In this document: piece by piece, positions 11,387-20,624 of the stretch
How positions within the stretch are numbered: position 1 is the first letter of the stretch
Layout of the letters: every line of letters starts with the position of its first letter
Assembly (NCBI GenBank): GCA_963705295.1
Contig: OY970065.1
Coordinates: 32,001 to 96,000, forward strand
Origin: Parachlamydiales bacterium
GTDB taxonomy: Bacteria > Chlamydiota > Chlamydiia > Chlamydiales > Rhabdochlamydiaceae
Direction: 5' to 3'
DNA: 64,000 nucleotides
Program-made: the position numbers and the translations under genes
The notes under the pieces: generated by a model
Seen by the model: only the letters and a program-made list of their open reading frames with translations
What the model was told of the DNA's origin: nothing
Databases searched by the model: none

Positions 11387-11538
11387 AGATACGCCTCCAA
11401 GGTTAAAATTTAATATTACCCCCCCCCCGCAAAAAAAGAAATTAAATTTCTTCTCGTAAAAGTAATAGTAAAGCAATATAATGAAGTTTATCTGCGCGAA
11501 TCGAGAATTTTAACTGCTCGAAATTTGGAGGTTATCAC

Positions 11539-12108
11539 ATGGAAATCGATGCAATTTCATTAGAAGTGGCTTTGAATGCACTGGGACAATTGCTTACAGA
11601 AAGGAAAGATCATCATGAAGTCGTTGCAATAGGCGGAGGGAGCCTATTACTTCTTGGTCAAATAGATCGTACTACGAAAGATTTAGACATTGTTGCACTT
11701 TTTAATGCCGGTCAATTGGTTTCGGCCCATCCATTACCCTCAAGTCTGCTTCAAGCAGTAAAAGAAATAGCAAATGCTTTTGAACTGGGTGAAGAATGGA
11801 TCAATGAAGGTCCATCCTCTTTATTTGAAGCAGGACTACCGTCTGGATTTGAAACACGCTTAGAAACACGTTATTATGGTGGCCTGATTGTTCATCTTGC
11901 CGGCCGTTTTGATCAAATTTGCTTTAAACTTTATGCAGCGGTAGATCAAGGCCCTCGTAGTAAACATTTTGCCGATTTGAAATCTCTACTTCCGACGCTA
12001 GACGAATTATTAGAGGCAAAGAAATGGTGTTTAACTCAAGATCTCTCTGAGCCCTTTCGTGAAGAATTAAATAAGCTCATAACTCCTCTTGGAGTTCCAA
12101 ATGAGTAG
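11539..12108 (+). CDS. nucleotidyltransferase-fold protein (DUF6036/AbiEii-like)
   Basis: GGAGG RBS; VVAIGGGSLLL...RTTKDLDIV (GG...DxD), FKLYA, KHFADL. Confidence 0.75.
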   Translation: MEIDAISLEVALNALGQLLTERKDHHEVVAIGGGSLLLLGQIDRTTKDLDIVALFNAGQLVSAHPLPSSLLQAVKEIANAFELGEEWINEGPSSLFEAGLPSGFETRLETRYYGGLIVHLAGRFDQICFKLYAAVDQGPRSKHFADLKSLLPTLDELLEAKKWCLTQDLSEPFREELNKLITPLGVPNE

Positions 12109-13006
12109 TCTAAGGGAAAAATTTGATAAAAACCTTCTGGATCTTGCTTGGAGTCTTTGGACTGAATTGGGTGTTGCAGGAGTTAAAAGGAAACATCAAA
12201 AATTTTTAATTATTCCAGAAGAGCTCGTTATATTAACCGCAGCACTTGGAGATATAGATCCTCGTCTTCGTGATGAAGCACTGGACTGGTGCAGTCGAAA
12301 TCACCATTTTATTTCAATTAGCCGCTTAAAAACACTCGCAAAATCTTTTGATAGATCGATACAACACTCTTTTTCAAAATTTTCTGCCACATTGAATTCG
12401 GTATCAAGCGCAAATTGGCCAATTTTAATAAAGGCTGACCCTCTCAAGTTTATACCAAGTAAAAAATCTAAATCTCCCCCATTTCAATTACCTGCTCTAC
12501 TCTGTTTTAGACTCCGTGAATTATTTGGTGTTGGTGCACGGGCTGATTTAATTTTATTTTTTTTGTCGCAAGAAAAGGTTGATTTTGCTGTATCGGATGT
12601 AACAGAAATCGGTTATAGCAAACGAACTCTAGCCAATGTATTGGAAAGTTTTACTCATGCAGGAATCTTCAATGTTTTTATGGCTCGCAATCAACAACGT
12701 TATCATTTTGCAAAACGAAATCAAATTATAAGAATTTTAGATCCGCTTCCCGAATTCATGCCACCTTGGCGTCACATCATTGAAGTCCTCTTATCATTAC
12801 GAGCTTGTATTCAACACATTGAAGATAAGTCCGAAAGTTCAAAAGTCATAGAAATTCGAAATACTTTGATGGGACTTCAAAATAAGTTAAATAAGTTGAA
12901 GCTTATTGCCCCACCATTCCAGGCCGATTTAAAAGTATATTTGAATGTCTTTAGTGAGTGGATACTACGCCTATCTGGATCACTTGCTCAAGGCGATTTC
13001 CAATAA
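12101..13006 (+). CDS. hypothetical protein with probable wHTH; coupled partner of the nucleotidyltransferase
   Basis: ATG 12101 after GGAG overlaps the upstream stop; ARADLILFFL...AVSDVTEIGYSKRTLANVLESFTHAG resembles an HTH. Confidence 0.6.
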   Translation: MSSLREKFDKNLLDLAWSLWTELGVAGVKRKHQKFLIIPEELVILTAALGDIDPRLRDEALDWCSRNHHFISISRLKTLAKSFDRSIQHSFSKFSATLNSVSSANWPILIKADPLKFIPSKKSKSPPFQLPALLCFRLRELFGVGARADLILFFLSQEKVDFAVSDVTEIGYSKRTLANVLESFTHAGIFNVFMARNQQRYHFAKRNQIIRILDPLPEFMPPWRHIIEVLLSLRACIQHIEDKSESSKVIEIRNTLMGLQNKLNKLKLIAPPFQADLKVYLNVFSEWILRLSGSLAQGDFQ

Positions 13007-13055
13007 AAAAATATTAATGAAAACTTAATTCAATATTTATTATAATTATCAGATT

Positions 13056-14117
13056 ATGGCTATTGCTGCTGTATCTTTTTCTAATTTCGTTGAGCCGAAA
13101 GCTACTCCTTTAGAACGGTATCATGAAGTTGTTAAAAGGGCTTTATGGGATCCTTTGGGAATAAATTTTTTGAATTTGGCTGGGCGCTATGTGGTGATTC
13201 TGACCGTTTTTCCAGGTTATCTCATTGCGAGTCTACTTTCGATTCCGTATTGGAATGAAGAGAAGAGAGTGATGGATCTTTTGCATACCCATAAAACAGA
13301 TGTGTCGCTTCCGAGAGAACCGATCCGTGAGTTATGCCATCAGATGGATGTGGAATATTTGTATGAGGGGCCGCTCGATACTGAAAAACGGGTGATGGAT
13401 CGGAAAATGCAAGACCCCAAGTTTCAAAGACTGATTCGGTATATTCGAGAGACAAAAAACGCGTATGCAGTTTCCGCGTTAATGGTCATCCTTGGTATAA
13501 AGCCTGCTGTAGTTTTTGAAGTTCTAAGCCATGCTCCTGCTGAACTCTTTTCTATTCTTGAAGAAATTGCAGGGGGATCTCTCGTTTTGAGAAAAGACCT
13601 GGGGGGAACTTATTTTGTCAATGAACACCCGCTTTCTCAATTCGATCCACGAAAGTATTTAAAACTTCCTAACCGTCCACTCATCGACATCGCGATCGAA
13701 AATTTTCCAAACCAAAATCAACTCCTCACCGATCAAATCTTATCCTACGTTTTGGGATTTGGTCCCTCTTGGGAAAGTTATTCGGTTAACTGCCGATACA
13801 TCCAGAATAGACAAGTGGTAAAGTGTTGTTTTTCTGAACATCACTTCACCCAAATAGGCCGTATCATATATCAAAAGCTCTTCCATAAGAGAGCGACCTA
13901 TCACCAAGCGGTGATGCTGGGTCATGCCTACCATTGTCAATATGTCAACATTATCAAATATAGAGAATATATCTATAGAGGCCACACCAGATCCGCGGAT
14001 AGACTTCTAAATAGGACGGGAACCGGAGGTATATACGACGGGCTAGCCTTGCAAACCGACTACTTTAAACAAAGTTATACCCTAAAAAAATGGGTGATGG
14101 AAACGTTTTTTCCTTAA
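13056..14117 (+). CDS. hypothetical protein with an N-terminal hydrophobic segment
   Basis: 353-aa ORF; hydrophobic stretch YVVILTVFPGYLIASLLSI. Confidence 0.65.
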   Translation: MAIAAVSFSNFVEPKATPLERYHEVVKRALWDPLGINFLNLAGRYVVILTVFPGYLIASLLSIPYWNEEKRVMDLLHTHKTDVSLPREPIRELCHQMDVEYLYEGPLDTEKRVMDRKMQDPKFQRLIRYIRETKNAYAVSALMVILGIKPAVVFEVLSHAPAELFSILEEIAGGSLVLRKDLGGTYFVNEHPLSQFDPRKYLKLPNRPLIDIAIENFPNQNQLLTDQILSYVLGFGPSWESYSVNCRYIQNRQVVKCCFSEHHFTQIGRIIYQKLFHKRATYHQAVMLGHAYHCQYVNIIKYREYIYRGHTRSADRLLNRTGTGGIYDGLALQTDYFKQSYTLKKWVMETFFP

Positions 14118-15670
14118 ATTTCTTCGGAGAGGGTTTTCTTGAGGCCGAGGAATTGGAACGCTTCTTGGACATTGAGCATCCAGGCGTAGGAGAAGTAGAG
14201 GAGGGAGAAGATGCCGCCGAGGACGAAGAGTTGGAGGATTTGGGGGAAGAGGGCGCGGGGAAGGTCGGTTGAGATGAGGAAGTAACGGATCGCTCCGGTG
14301 AAGAGGGTGGCAAGGATGGCGCAGAGGCCAACTTTGCTGAAGGAGGTGAGGGGGAGTTTGATATCGGTTTTCTTAGAGAGTTTGAACCAGAGGAAGAAGA
14401 AATTAACGAAGGTTGCAAGGCTGGTGGCAATGGCAATACTGGCAGAGCCGCCATCCAGCGCGAAGATGAGGAGGGCATTGAGGAGAATGTTGACTCCGAC
14501 AGAAATAAGAGAAGCATAGAGCGGAGTTTTAAAATCTTTTTGGGCATAGAAGGCGGGCGCGAGGAGAAGGACAAAGACGGCGGGCGCAAGTCCGATGGTA
14601 TAACCCCAGAGGCACGACGTTGTTTGGGAGACGGCCGTTGAATCAAAGGCTCCACGACCATAGATGAGATTGACGACGGTGTCACCGAGAATAAAGAGGG
14701 CGAGGGTGACGGGGAGGATAAATCCAAAACTGCGCGTGAGGGAGAATTGGAGAAGTTGCCGGTATCGATTTAAGTCTTTCTGTTGAAGAGACCGTGCTAG
14801 CGGTGGAAGAAGGGCGGATGAGAGAGCAAGTCCAAAAAGAGCCAGAGGGAGTTGGTAGAGCCTGTTGGCAAAATAGAGATAGGCAGGGCCGGAGAGATCG
14901 GCATACCGAGCAAAGAGGGCATCGATCATACTATTGATTTGAACAGCACCGATGCCGACGATCGTGTACGTCATCGCAGAAACCATCTGCCGAAGTTCTG
15001 GGGCAAAAAGACGTGCTTTAAACCACTGAATGCCTCGGAGGAAGGAGGAGGCTGGTGGCAAAACGATCATCCATTGAACAAAAAAAGCAAGAACGACTCC
15101 AAGGGCAAGCCAAGCAGCTGCTGTCTCATGGGGAAGATCTTTCACAAACCACATGGCAACAATGAAGATGATATTAAACAAAACGGGTGCACTGCTGGGT
15201 AGAAAATATTTTTTTTCGGATTGGAGGAGAGCGCTAAAGAGGGCGTAAAGACAGACGAAGATAACACCCGGTAACATGACCATGGTTAGGAAGAGAATTT
15301 GCGCGGTATCTTGGGATACGCCACTCCATTTCCATACGTAGAATAAGATGACTTCGAGGGTAAGAACCACCAGAAGTAGGATTGTCGACAAAGAAGCAAA
15401 GAGATCTCTGAAAAAAGCTTTCCCTTTTTCTGGAGATTCAGCGCGCAGGGCTTCAAAGTGGGGGCTAAAACTGGAGAGGAGAGAACTCTCTCCAAAAAGC
15501 CGCCGGAGGAGTTGGGAAAATCGGTAGGCTATGAAAAAAGCAGCCATGAGCGGTGTCGCGCCAAACCAGGCACCTAGAGCCATCTCTCGAAAAAACCCCG
15601 AAAATCGACTGAGGAGTGTTCCAAAAAAGAATTGGAGAGCCGATTTTACGACGGTTTTTGGTTGATCCAT
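14114..15670 (-). CDS. murJ: lipid II flippase MurJ (MviN)
   Basis: GTLLSRFSGFFRE, LLRRLFGE, ANRLYQLPLALFG; polytopic; start placed at ATG 15670. Confidence 0.93.
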   Translation of the reverse strand: MDQPKTVVKSALQFFFGTLLSRFSGFFREMALGAWFGATPLMAAFFIAYRFSQLLRRLFGESSLLSSFSPHFEALRAESPEKGKAFFRDLFASLSTILLLVVLTLEVILFYVWKWSGVSQDTAQILFLTMVMLPGVIFVCLYALFSALLQSEKKYFLPSSAPVLFNIIFIVAMWFVKDLPHETAAAWLALGVVLAFFVQWMIVLPPASSFLRGIQWFKARLFAPELRQMVSAMTYTIVGIGAVQINSMIDALFARYADLSGPAYLYFANRLYQLPLALFGLALSSALLPPLARSLQQKDLNRYRQLLQFSLTRSFGFILPVTLALFILGDTVVNLIYGRGAFDSTAVSQTTSCLWGYTIGLAPAVFVLLLAPAFYAQKDFKTPLYASLISVGVNILLNALLIFALDGGSASIAIATSLATFVNFFFLWFKLSKKTDIKLPLTSFSKVGLCAILATLFTGAIRYFLISTDLPRALFPQILQLFVLGGIFSLLYFSYAWMLNVQEAFQFLGLKKTLSEEI

Positions 15671-15699
15671 CTGCTGATGATCAACTATACTTTCATTTT

Positions 15700-16563
15700 G
15701 TGTCAAAAACATCTTCGAACGATTTATTAATCGGTGCTCACACCTCTGCGGCAGGAGGGCCTCAAAATGCTCTTTTAGAGGGGCAAACCATTGGAGCAAC
15801 GACCATCCAATTTTTTACGGCCAACCAAAAAACATGGCAAGGGAAAGCAATCACTCCCGAAGCCGTAGCCCTTTGGAATGAAGCCGTGAAGGCAACAGGC
15901 ATCAAACAAGTGATGAGTCATAGTAGTTATCTCATCAATTTAGGATCTCCAAATAAAGAGGGTCTGCACAAGAGCCGGAAAGCCTTTCAAGAAGAGATCC
16001 ACCGGTGCCATCTGTTGAAAGTCGCTTATTTAAATTTTCATCCGGGTGCTGCGCTAGATCAATCGGTCGAGATGTGTCTCGATACGATTGTGGAAAGTCT
16101 GATGGAAATGGAAAAACTCGTCCATCAAGGACACACACGCCTTCTCATTGAATCAACGGCGGGGCAAGGCTCTTCGGTGGGTCACCGTTTTGAACAACTC
16201 GGCTATTTGATCGAAAAGGTGCACAAAAAAATTCCTGTGGGAATTTGCTTGGATACATGCCATCTGTTTGTCGCCGGTTACGATATTCGAGATACGGAAG
16301 GTTGGAAAAAGGTTTTGAAGGAATTTGATGAACTTGTCGGAATTAAACATCTGTATGCTCTCCATGTCAACGATTCTGTAAAACCTCTGGGAGCAAGGAG
16401 CGATCGGCATGCAAGTTTGGGTGAAGGGCAGATTGGCCTAAAAGGGTTTCAAGCCATGATGCAGCACCCTGATCTTCGCGATCTTCCGAAATATTTAGAA
16501 ACCCCCGAAGGTCCTGCTGTGTGGGAAAAAGAAATTGCTCTCTTGAGGAAATTCGCCCAATGA
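15700..16563 (+). CDS. nfo: endonuclease IV
   Basis: [49 protein letters not shown]; start placed at GTG 15700. Confidence 0.95.
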   Translation: MSKTSSNDLLIGAHTSAAGGPQNALLEGQTIGATTIQFFTANQKTWQGKAITPEAVALWNEAVKATGIKQVMSHSSYLINLGSPNKEGLHKSRKAFQEEIHRCHLLKVAYLNFHPGAALDQSVEMCLDTIVESLMEMEKLVHQGHTRLLIESTAGQGSSVGHRFEQLGYLIEKVHKKIPVGICLDTCHLFVAGYDIRDTEGWKKVLKEFDELVGIKHLYALHVNDSVKPLGARSDRHASLGEGQIGLKGFQAMMQHPDLRDLPKYLETPEGPAVWEKEIALLRKFAQ

Positions 16564-17930
16564 AAAGGACAAAAATTAGTCGCATTTCTTCTTCTGATAT
16601 CGGTAAAGAATTAAAAATCGGGGGGTGGGTTCGCACCGTCCGCGACCAAAAGAATTTTGCGTTTGTCGAGGTGAATGATGGGTCGTCCATGGCGAGTCTC
16701 CAAGTGATTGTGGAAGGGGCACTACCTGCAGAAGTCACAACAGGGGCTTCGGTTCTCATCCAAGGAAAACTTGTCGAAAGTCCAGGGGGGAAACAAAAAT
16801 GGGAACTGAAGGCTTCGAATTTAGAGATTTTAGGTCTCTGCTCTGCAGAAGATTATCCGCTGCAAAAGAAGCGGCACTCGTTTGAATTTCTCCGAACAAT
16901 CGCTCATTTGAGACCTCGGACAAATACACAAGGGGCTGTCACGCGGGTTCGCAATGCACTTGCTTTTGCAACCCATGAGTTTTTTCAAAAGCGTGGATTT
17001 CTCTATGTCCAGACTCCGATTATCACCAGCTCAGATTGTGAAGGGGGCGGACAACAATTTTCTGTTTCAGGATTCAATCTCAATGCAGTTCCAAGATTTG
17101 AGGATGGGACGGCCGACTTTTCTCAAGATTTTTTTAGCAGGCCCACATATCTGACGGTTTCGGGGCAGCTCGGAGGAGAAGCGATGGCGTGCGCTCTTTC
17201 TGATGTTTATACTTTTGGGCCTACATTCCGTGCAGAAAATTCGAATACGTCGCGTCATCTGGCAGAATTTTGGATGATCGAACCGGAAATGGCTTTTGCC
17301 GACCTCAAAGATGACATGGAATGTGCAGAGAGTTATCTCAAATATGTGATTCAATCGGTCCTTGAAAACTGCCCTAAGGATATGGAATTTTTCGATGCGT
17401 TCATTGAAAAAGGGGTGATCGGTAGACTTCAACATGTTGCAGCGTCTCCTTTCGCTCATCTGACATACACAGAAGCGGTTGAAATCTTAAAAAATTCGGG
17501 CAAAAATTTTGAATATTCTGTCGAGTGGGGATCGGATTTGCAGTCGGAGCACGAACGGTATCTTGCTGAAGAGTATTGTAAAAAGCCGGTGATTTTGACC
17601 GATTACCCCAGCAAAATCAAAGCGTTTTATATGCGGATGAACCCCGATGGAAAAACCGTTGCAGCCATGGATGTGCTTGTTCCGAAGATCGGAGAGATCA
17701 TCGGCGGAAGTCAGCGTGAAGAAAGATATGACCTTTTAAAAGAAAAAATTGTACAATATGGCCTAAAACCAGAAGATTACTGGTGGTATCTGCAACTGAG
17801 GCAATATGGAACGGTTCCCCATGCGGGTTTTGGAGCGGGATTTGAAAGGCTTGTCCAATTCGCAACGGGTATGGAAAACATCCGTGATGTCATCCCTTTT
17901 CCACGCTATCCAGGCCATGCAGATTTTTAA
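16560..17930 (+). CDS. asnS: asparagine--tRNA ligase
   Basis: [54 protein letters not shown] overlap with nfo. Confidence 0.97.
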   Translation: MKRTKISRISSSDIGKELKIGGWVRTVRDQKNFAFVEVNDGSSMASLQVIVEGALPAEVTTGASVLIQGKLVESPGGKQKWELKASNLEILGLCSAEDYPLQKKRHSFEFLRTIAHLRPRTNTQGAVTRVRNALAFATHEFFQKRGFLYVQTPIITSSDCEGGGQQFSVSGFNLNAVPRFEDGTADFSQDFFSRPTYLTVSGQLGGEAMACALSDVYTFGPTFRAENSNTSRHLAEFWMIEPEMAFADLKDDMECAESYLKYVIQSVLENCPKDMEFFDAFIEKGVIGRLQHVAASPFAHLTYTEAVEILKNSGKNFEYSVEWGSDLQSEHERYLAEEYCKKPVILTDYPSKIKAFYMRMNPDGKTVAAMDVLVPKIGEIIGGSQREERYDLLKEKIVQYGLKPEDYWWYLQLRQYGTVPHAGFGAGFERLVQFATGMENIRDVIPFPRYPGHADF

Positions 17931-17946
17931 TAGGAAGAGGTAGTTT

Positions 17947-18582
17947 ATGTCTGTTAAATCTCTCGTAGATTGTTATCGATGTAACAAACCTTTAATTCCC
18001 TCAAATGCTCCTCTCATATTCACGAAATGTTGGCATGTCTTTTGTAGTTGTATAGACGCAACGCGGAAATCTCATGTCTGTCTGTACAATTGCGGAAAAT
18101 TTGTTCCAACAGAGAGTAACCGTTACTCAACTCTATGCTTATCCATTTTGCGCTCCAATTTATTGCACGATCCGACAGCTTTTCAAAATTTAGTCAGACA
18201 ATTAGCCGAAGAAGATAAAGATGAAGAAAAAGTGTGTATCGGCTGTTTAGATACCCCCTTTCCTTCTTTTGGTTGCACGGAAAAAGGTCTTGTTCACAGA
18301 GAATGTCTTATCGCGACAGAAGAATGTCCCGTTATCTATGGTAATCAGGTGGCTAAGTTGGCCATGCGCCTTTTAAATACCCCGAATCGGTCCCTGCCTA
18401 AAGCTTTGGCCGTTACGATAGCGAACCTCGCCGTCTGGTCGTGGCTTGTGAACCATTTAGTTTATGAAGATAACAATTTCAAATTGAAAATCTTATCTGC
18501 ACCGGCAGAATTTTCTTTCCGCGCAGTTTACTACATCATGACCATTTTCAGAAAAATTTTGGCAGTGCAAACTGCCAGGTGA
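17947..18582 (+). CDS. RING-finger-like protein with C-terminal hydrophobic region
   Basis: CYRC-x15-CWHVFCSC-x9-CLYNC, plus a second degenerate CIGC...C...HREC...CP. Confidence 0.65.
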   Translation: MSVKSLVDCYRCNKPLIPSNAPLIFTKCWHVFCSCIDATRKSHVCLYNCGKFVPTESNRYSTLCLSILRSNLLHDPTAFQNLVRQLAEEDKDEEKVCIGCLDTPFPSFGCTEKGLVHRECLIATEECPVIYGNQVAKLAMRLLNTPNRSLPKALAVTIANLAVWSWLVNHLVYEDNNFKLKILSAPAEFSFRAVYYIMTIFRKILAVQTAR

Positions 18583-18588
18583 AAAAAA

Positions 18589-18748
18589 ATTAACCCGAGG
18601 GGTCAAAAGGTGACAAGATGCGCTGCGAGGCAAAGCCAGATTGATTCTCGCGAGGAATAACATTCTTGAATACGAAGGATTCCGAGCGAGAATCAATATG
18701 GCGAAGCCGCAGCAAGCAGGTTGTCACCTTTTGACCCCTCGGGTTAAT
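18589..18748. mobile_element. 160-bp palindromic MITE-like / structured repeat, copy 1
   Basis: Perfect 28-bp terminal inverted repeat ATTAACCCGAGGGGTCAAAAGGTGACAA; near-identical copy at 54896-55055. Confidence 0.85.
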
Positions 18749-18752
18749 AATG

Positions 18753-19580
18753 TCAGGTTGTGAGCTTCATCCAAACCCGGTACGCTTTTTTCCCCTCTTC
18801 ATCGGGAATACCATTTAAGCCTTCCGCTTCCGGATTATAAAACAATGTATGAAAAATCGTACCGATTTGACCCAAGAAAAAATAATAGCTGTAACTGGGA
18901 GAAACTCTCAATTGAAATAGAGTCGTAAGTATGCTTAATCTGGGAGCTACTAATCGAGAACAGCCGATTGTCAAAGCCAAATATAATAATGTACTTCTTG
19001 AGCTTAAATCAGATAGAAAATCGAGCTGACTATTGACAATCAAGTAGATTCTAATAAGCAGATTCTCCGTGTCAGGATTAAAGTCTACCCTCTGCGGTAA
19101 CACATATTTATGGAAAATATCTGTAACTCTAGGAAACGCCTTATGATAGAGATAAAAAGCACCCAGCCCTACAAGAATAACTGCACCATCTTTTACATAC
19201 TGATTTCTCAGACAAAATGAGATGAGTTGCTGAATTTTGATTTTTACTAGATCGACTCGAGATGAAAATGAATTTAGAGTTGGGAAAAGAGGTTGTGCCC
19301 TTTGAACGATTGCCGCTCTTTCTTGTTGATTTGCCCTGCGATACACGTCTTGAAATACAAAACTACTCAGTTTTTTTCTTCCATAAGAGCTTTCATATTG
19401 TATCAAGGGTACCGAAGATAAAAGTGCTACATTCCATTCGAGTCGGTGTAATCGATATAATACATGAAGAGCATTGGGGTCACTCTTTAAACCATTTTCG
19501 ACGACTTGAGTGTCAGGGAAGTGGGTTTGATCAAATTGAGTGATAATCGGAGTAATAAAATTTACGACGGGTGGCGCCAT
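18753..19580 (-). CDS. hypothetical membrane protein, paralog of 19562-20593
   Basis: Shared FVFQDVY...PxLxSFS block and hydrophobic segments. Confidence 0.7.
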   Translation of the reverse strand: MAPPVVNFITPIITQFDQTHFPDTQVVENGLKSDPNALHVLYRLHRLEWNVALLSSVPLIQYESSYGRKKLSSFVFQDVYRRANQQERAAIVQRAQPLFPTLNSFSSRVDLVKIKIQQLISFCLRNQYVKDGAVILVGLGAFYLYHKAFPRVTDIFHKYVLPQRVDFNPDTENLLIRIYLIVNSQLDFLSDLSSRSTLLYLALTIGCSRLVAPRLSILTTLFQLRVSPSYSYYFFLGQIGTIFHTLFYNPEAEGLNGIPDEEGKKAYRVWMKLTT

Positions 19581-20593
19581 AATGTTCCTTTTTTGTTATC
19601 CATGACGGCTTTCCAGAGTTGGAAAGTTCTTATTCCTTGCTCTTCGTAGTAACGGGCTTTTTTCTGGTCGTGGAGGGTTTGCAAGCTCACGGCGATCGAA
19701 TTTTGAGTTTGCCAGGAGAGGGAGAAGGTGCGGCCAATACCCCACCACAGAATTTTACCGGGAATTTCGGTGAGATATTGGGTTGCGTTGACGGGAAAAA
19801 GGATCACCCTATACGCTCGATTCACGACAGGTCTCGCTTGTCCTGGTAATATCCATTGAACCGCGACAAAAGACAACCAAATCATCCACTGTTTTTTGAC
19901 GAGATAGTCAAAGTATCGGATCGATTTGTCGATGACCCGAATGAGAGGAAGTGGGGCGCGGGCCATTAAGAAAAGGGCACTGCGGGGAATGATATGATTC
20001 ACCAAAGCATCTGTCGCCATCCCTTTGGCAAATCCATAGAATCTGTAAGTGGCGATGACGGCGACGCCGGAGATAGCATACCGGACGATTGTGTTACTGA
20101 AAAACCACGAGGTATATCCGTGTACCTTATAAAGGGATCGACGAAACTTGAAGGAGAATGAATCGAGCAAAGGATTAAAAGGGGAAGTGAGTTCGATCAG
20201 TCTGTCTTTTTCATCGGAAGTGGCGTGGTTATACACATCTTGAAAGACAAAGGTGACGAGCTGATCGGTTGCAGATCTGAAATGGTCTCGATTTTGACCT
20301 AAACTCTTCAAACGGTCTTGCGCACTCCATTCGATGGCCCCTCTCATATGAGAGCTGGGGTCTTTGGACCTGTGCACAAAACGAGTGAGGGCAAACCACT
20401 CAGAAATATTGACCCCGTTATTATAAATGGTTTTTTGAGGAATGACCGGAAGATTTGTTATTCCTCGGATAAACGGATCTCTTTCATTGGGCAGTAGAGT
20501 GATATCCTTCGTTGGCACTCCAGGATAATGGCGTGCATCAAATTTTGAAGCGATAAAATTGACAAAGGCGCCCGGATTTGTTCGTAAGGTCAT
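19562..20593 (-). CDS. hypothetical membrane protein, paralog of 18753-19580
   Basis: Shared FVFQDVY block; two hydrophobic segments. Confidence 0.7.
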   Translation of the reverse strand: MTLRTNPGAFVNFIASKFDARHYPGVPTKDITLLPNERDPFIRGITNLPVIPQKTIYNNGVNISEWFALTRFVHRSKDPSSHMRGAIEWSAQDRLKSLGQNRDHFRSATDQLVTFVFQDVYNHATSDEKDRLIELTSPFNPLLDSFSFKFRRSLYKVHGYTSWFFSNTIVRYAISGVAVIATYRFYGFAKGMATDALVNHIIPRSALFLMARAPLPLIRVIDKSIRYFDYLVKKQWMIWLSFVAVQWILPGQARPVVNRAYRVILFPVNATQYLTEIPGKILWWGIGRTFSLSWQTQNSIAVSLQTLHDQKKARYYEEQGIRTFQLWKAVMDNKKGTLWRHPS

Positions 20594-20624
20594 ATTGAGG
20601 AAGGTATTTTAACCTTTTTTTAAA

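Noticed and set aside
11387..11476. N-terminal extension of the Asp-box ORF through the poly-G tract
   Set aside because: RBS and signal peptide indicate a start at 11386, so the tract is non-coding.
14065..14727. 220-aa Ser/Pro-rich - strand ORF resembling an effector
   Set aside because: Alternative frame within murJ, caused by C/T-rich codons.
15616..15799. Apparent overlap of murJ and nfo 5' ends
   Set aside because: Artefact of longest-ORF starts; conserved sequence begins at 15670 and 15700.
18493..18696. 67-aa ORF crossing the 160-bp element
   Set aside because: Lies in the repeat and antisense to the RING gene; no coding evidence.
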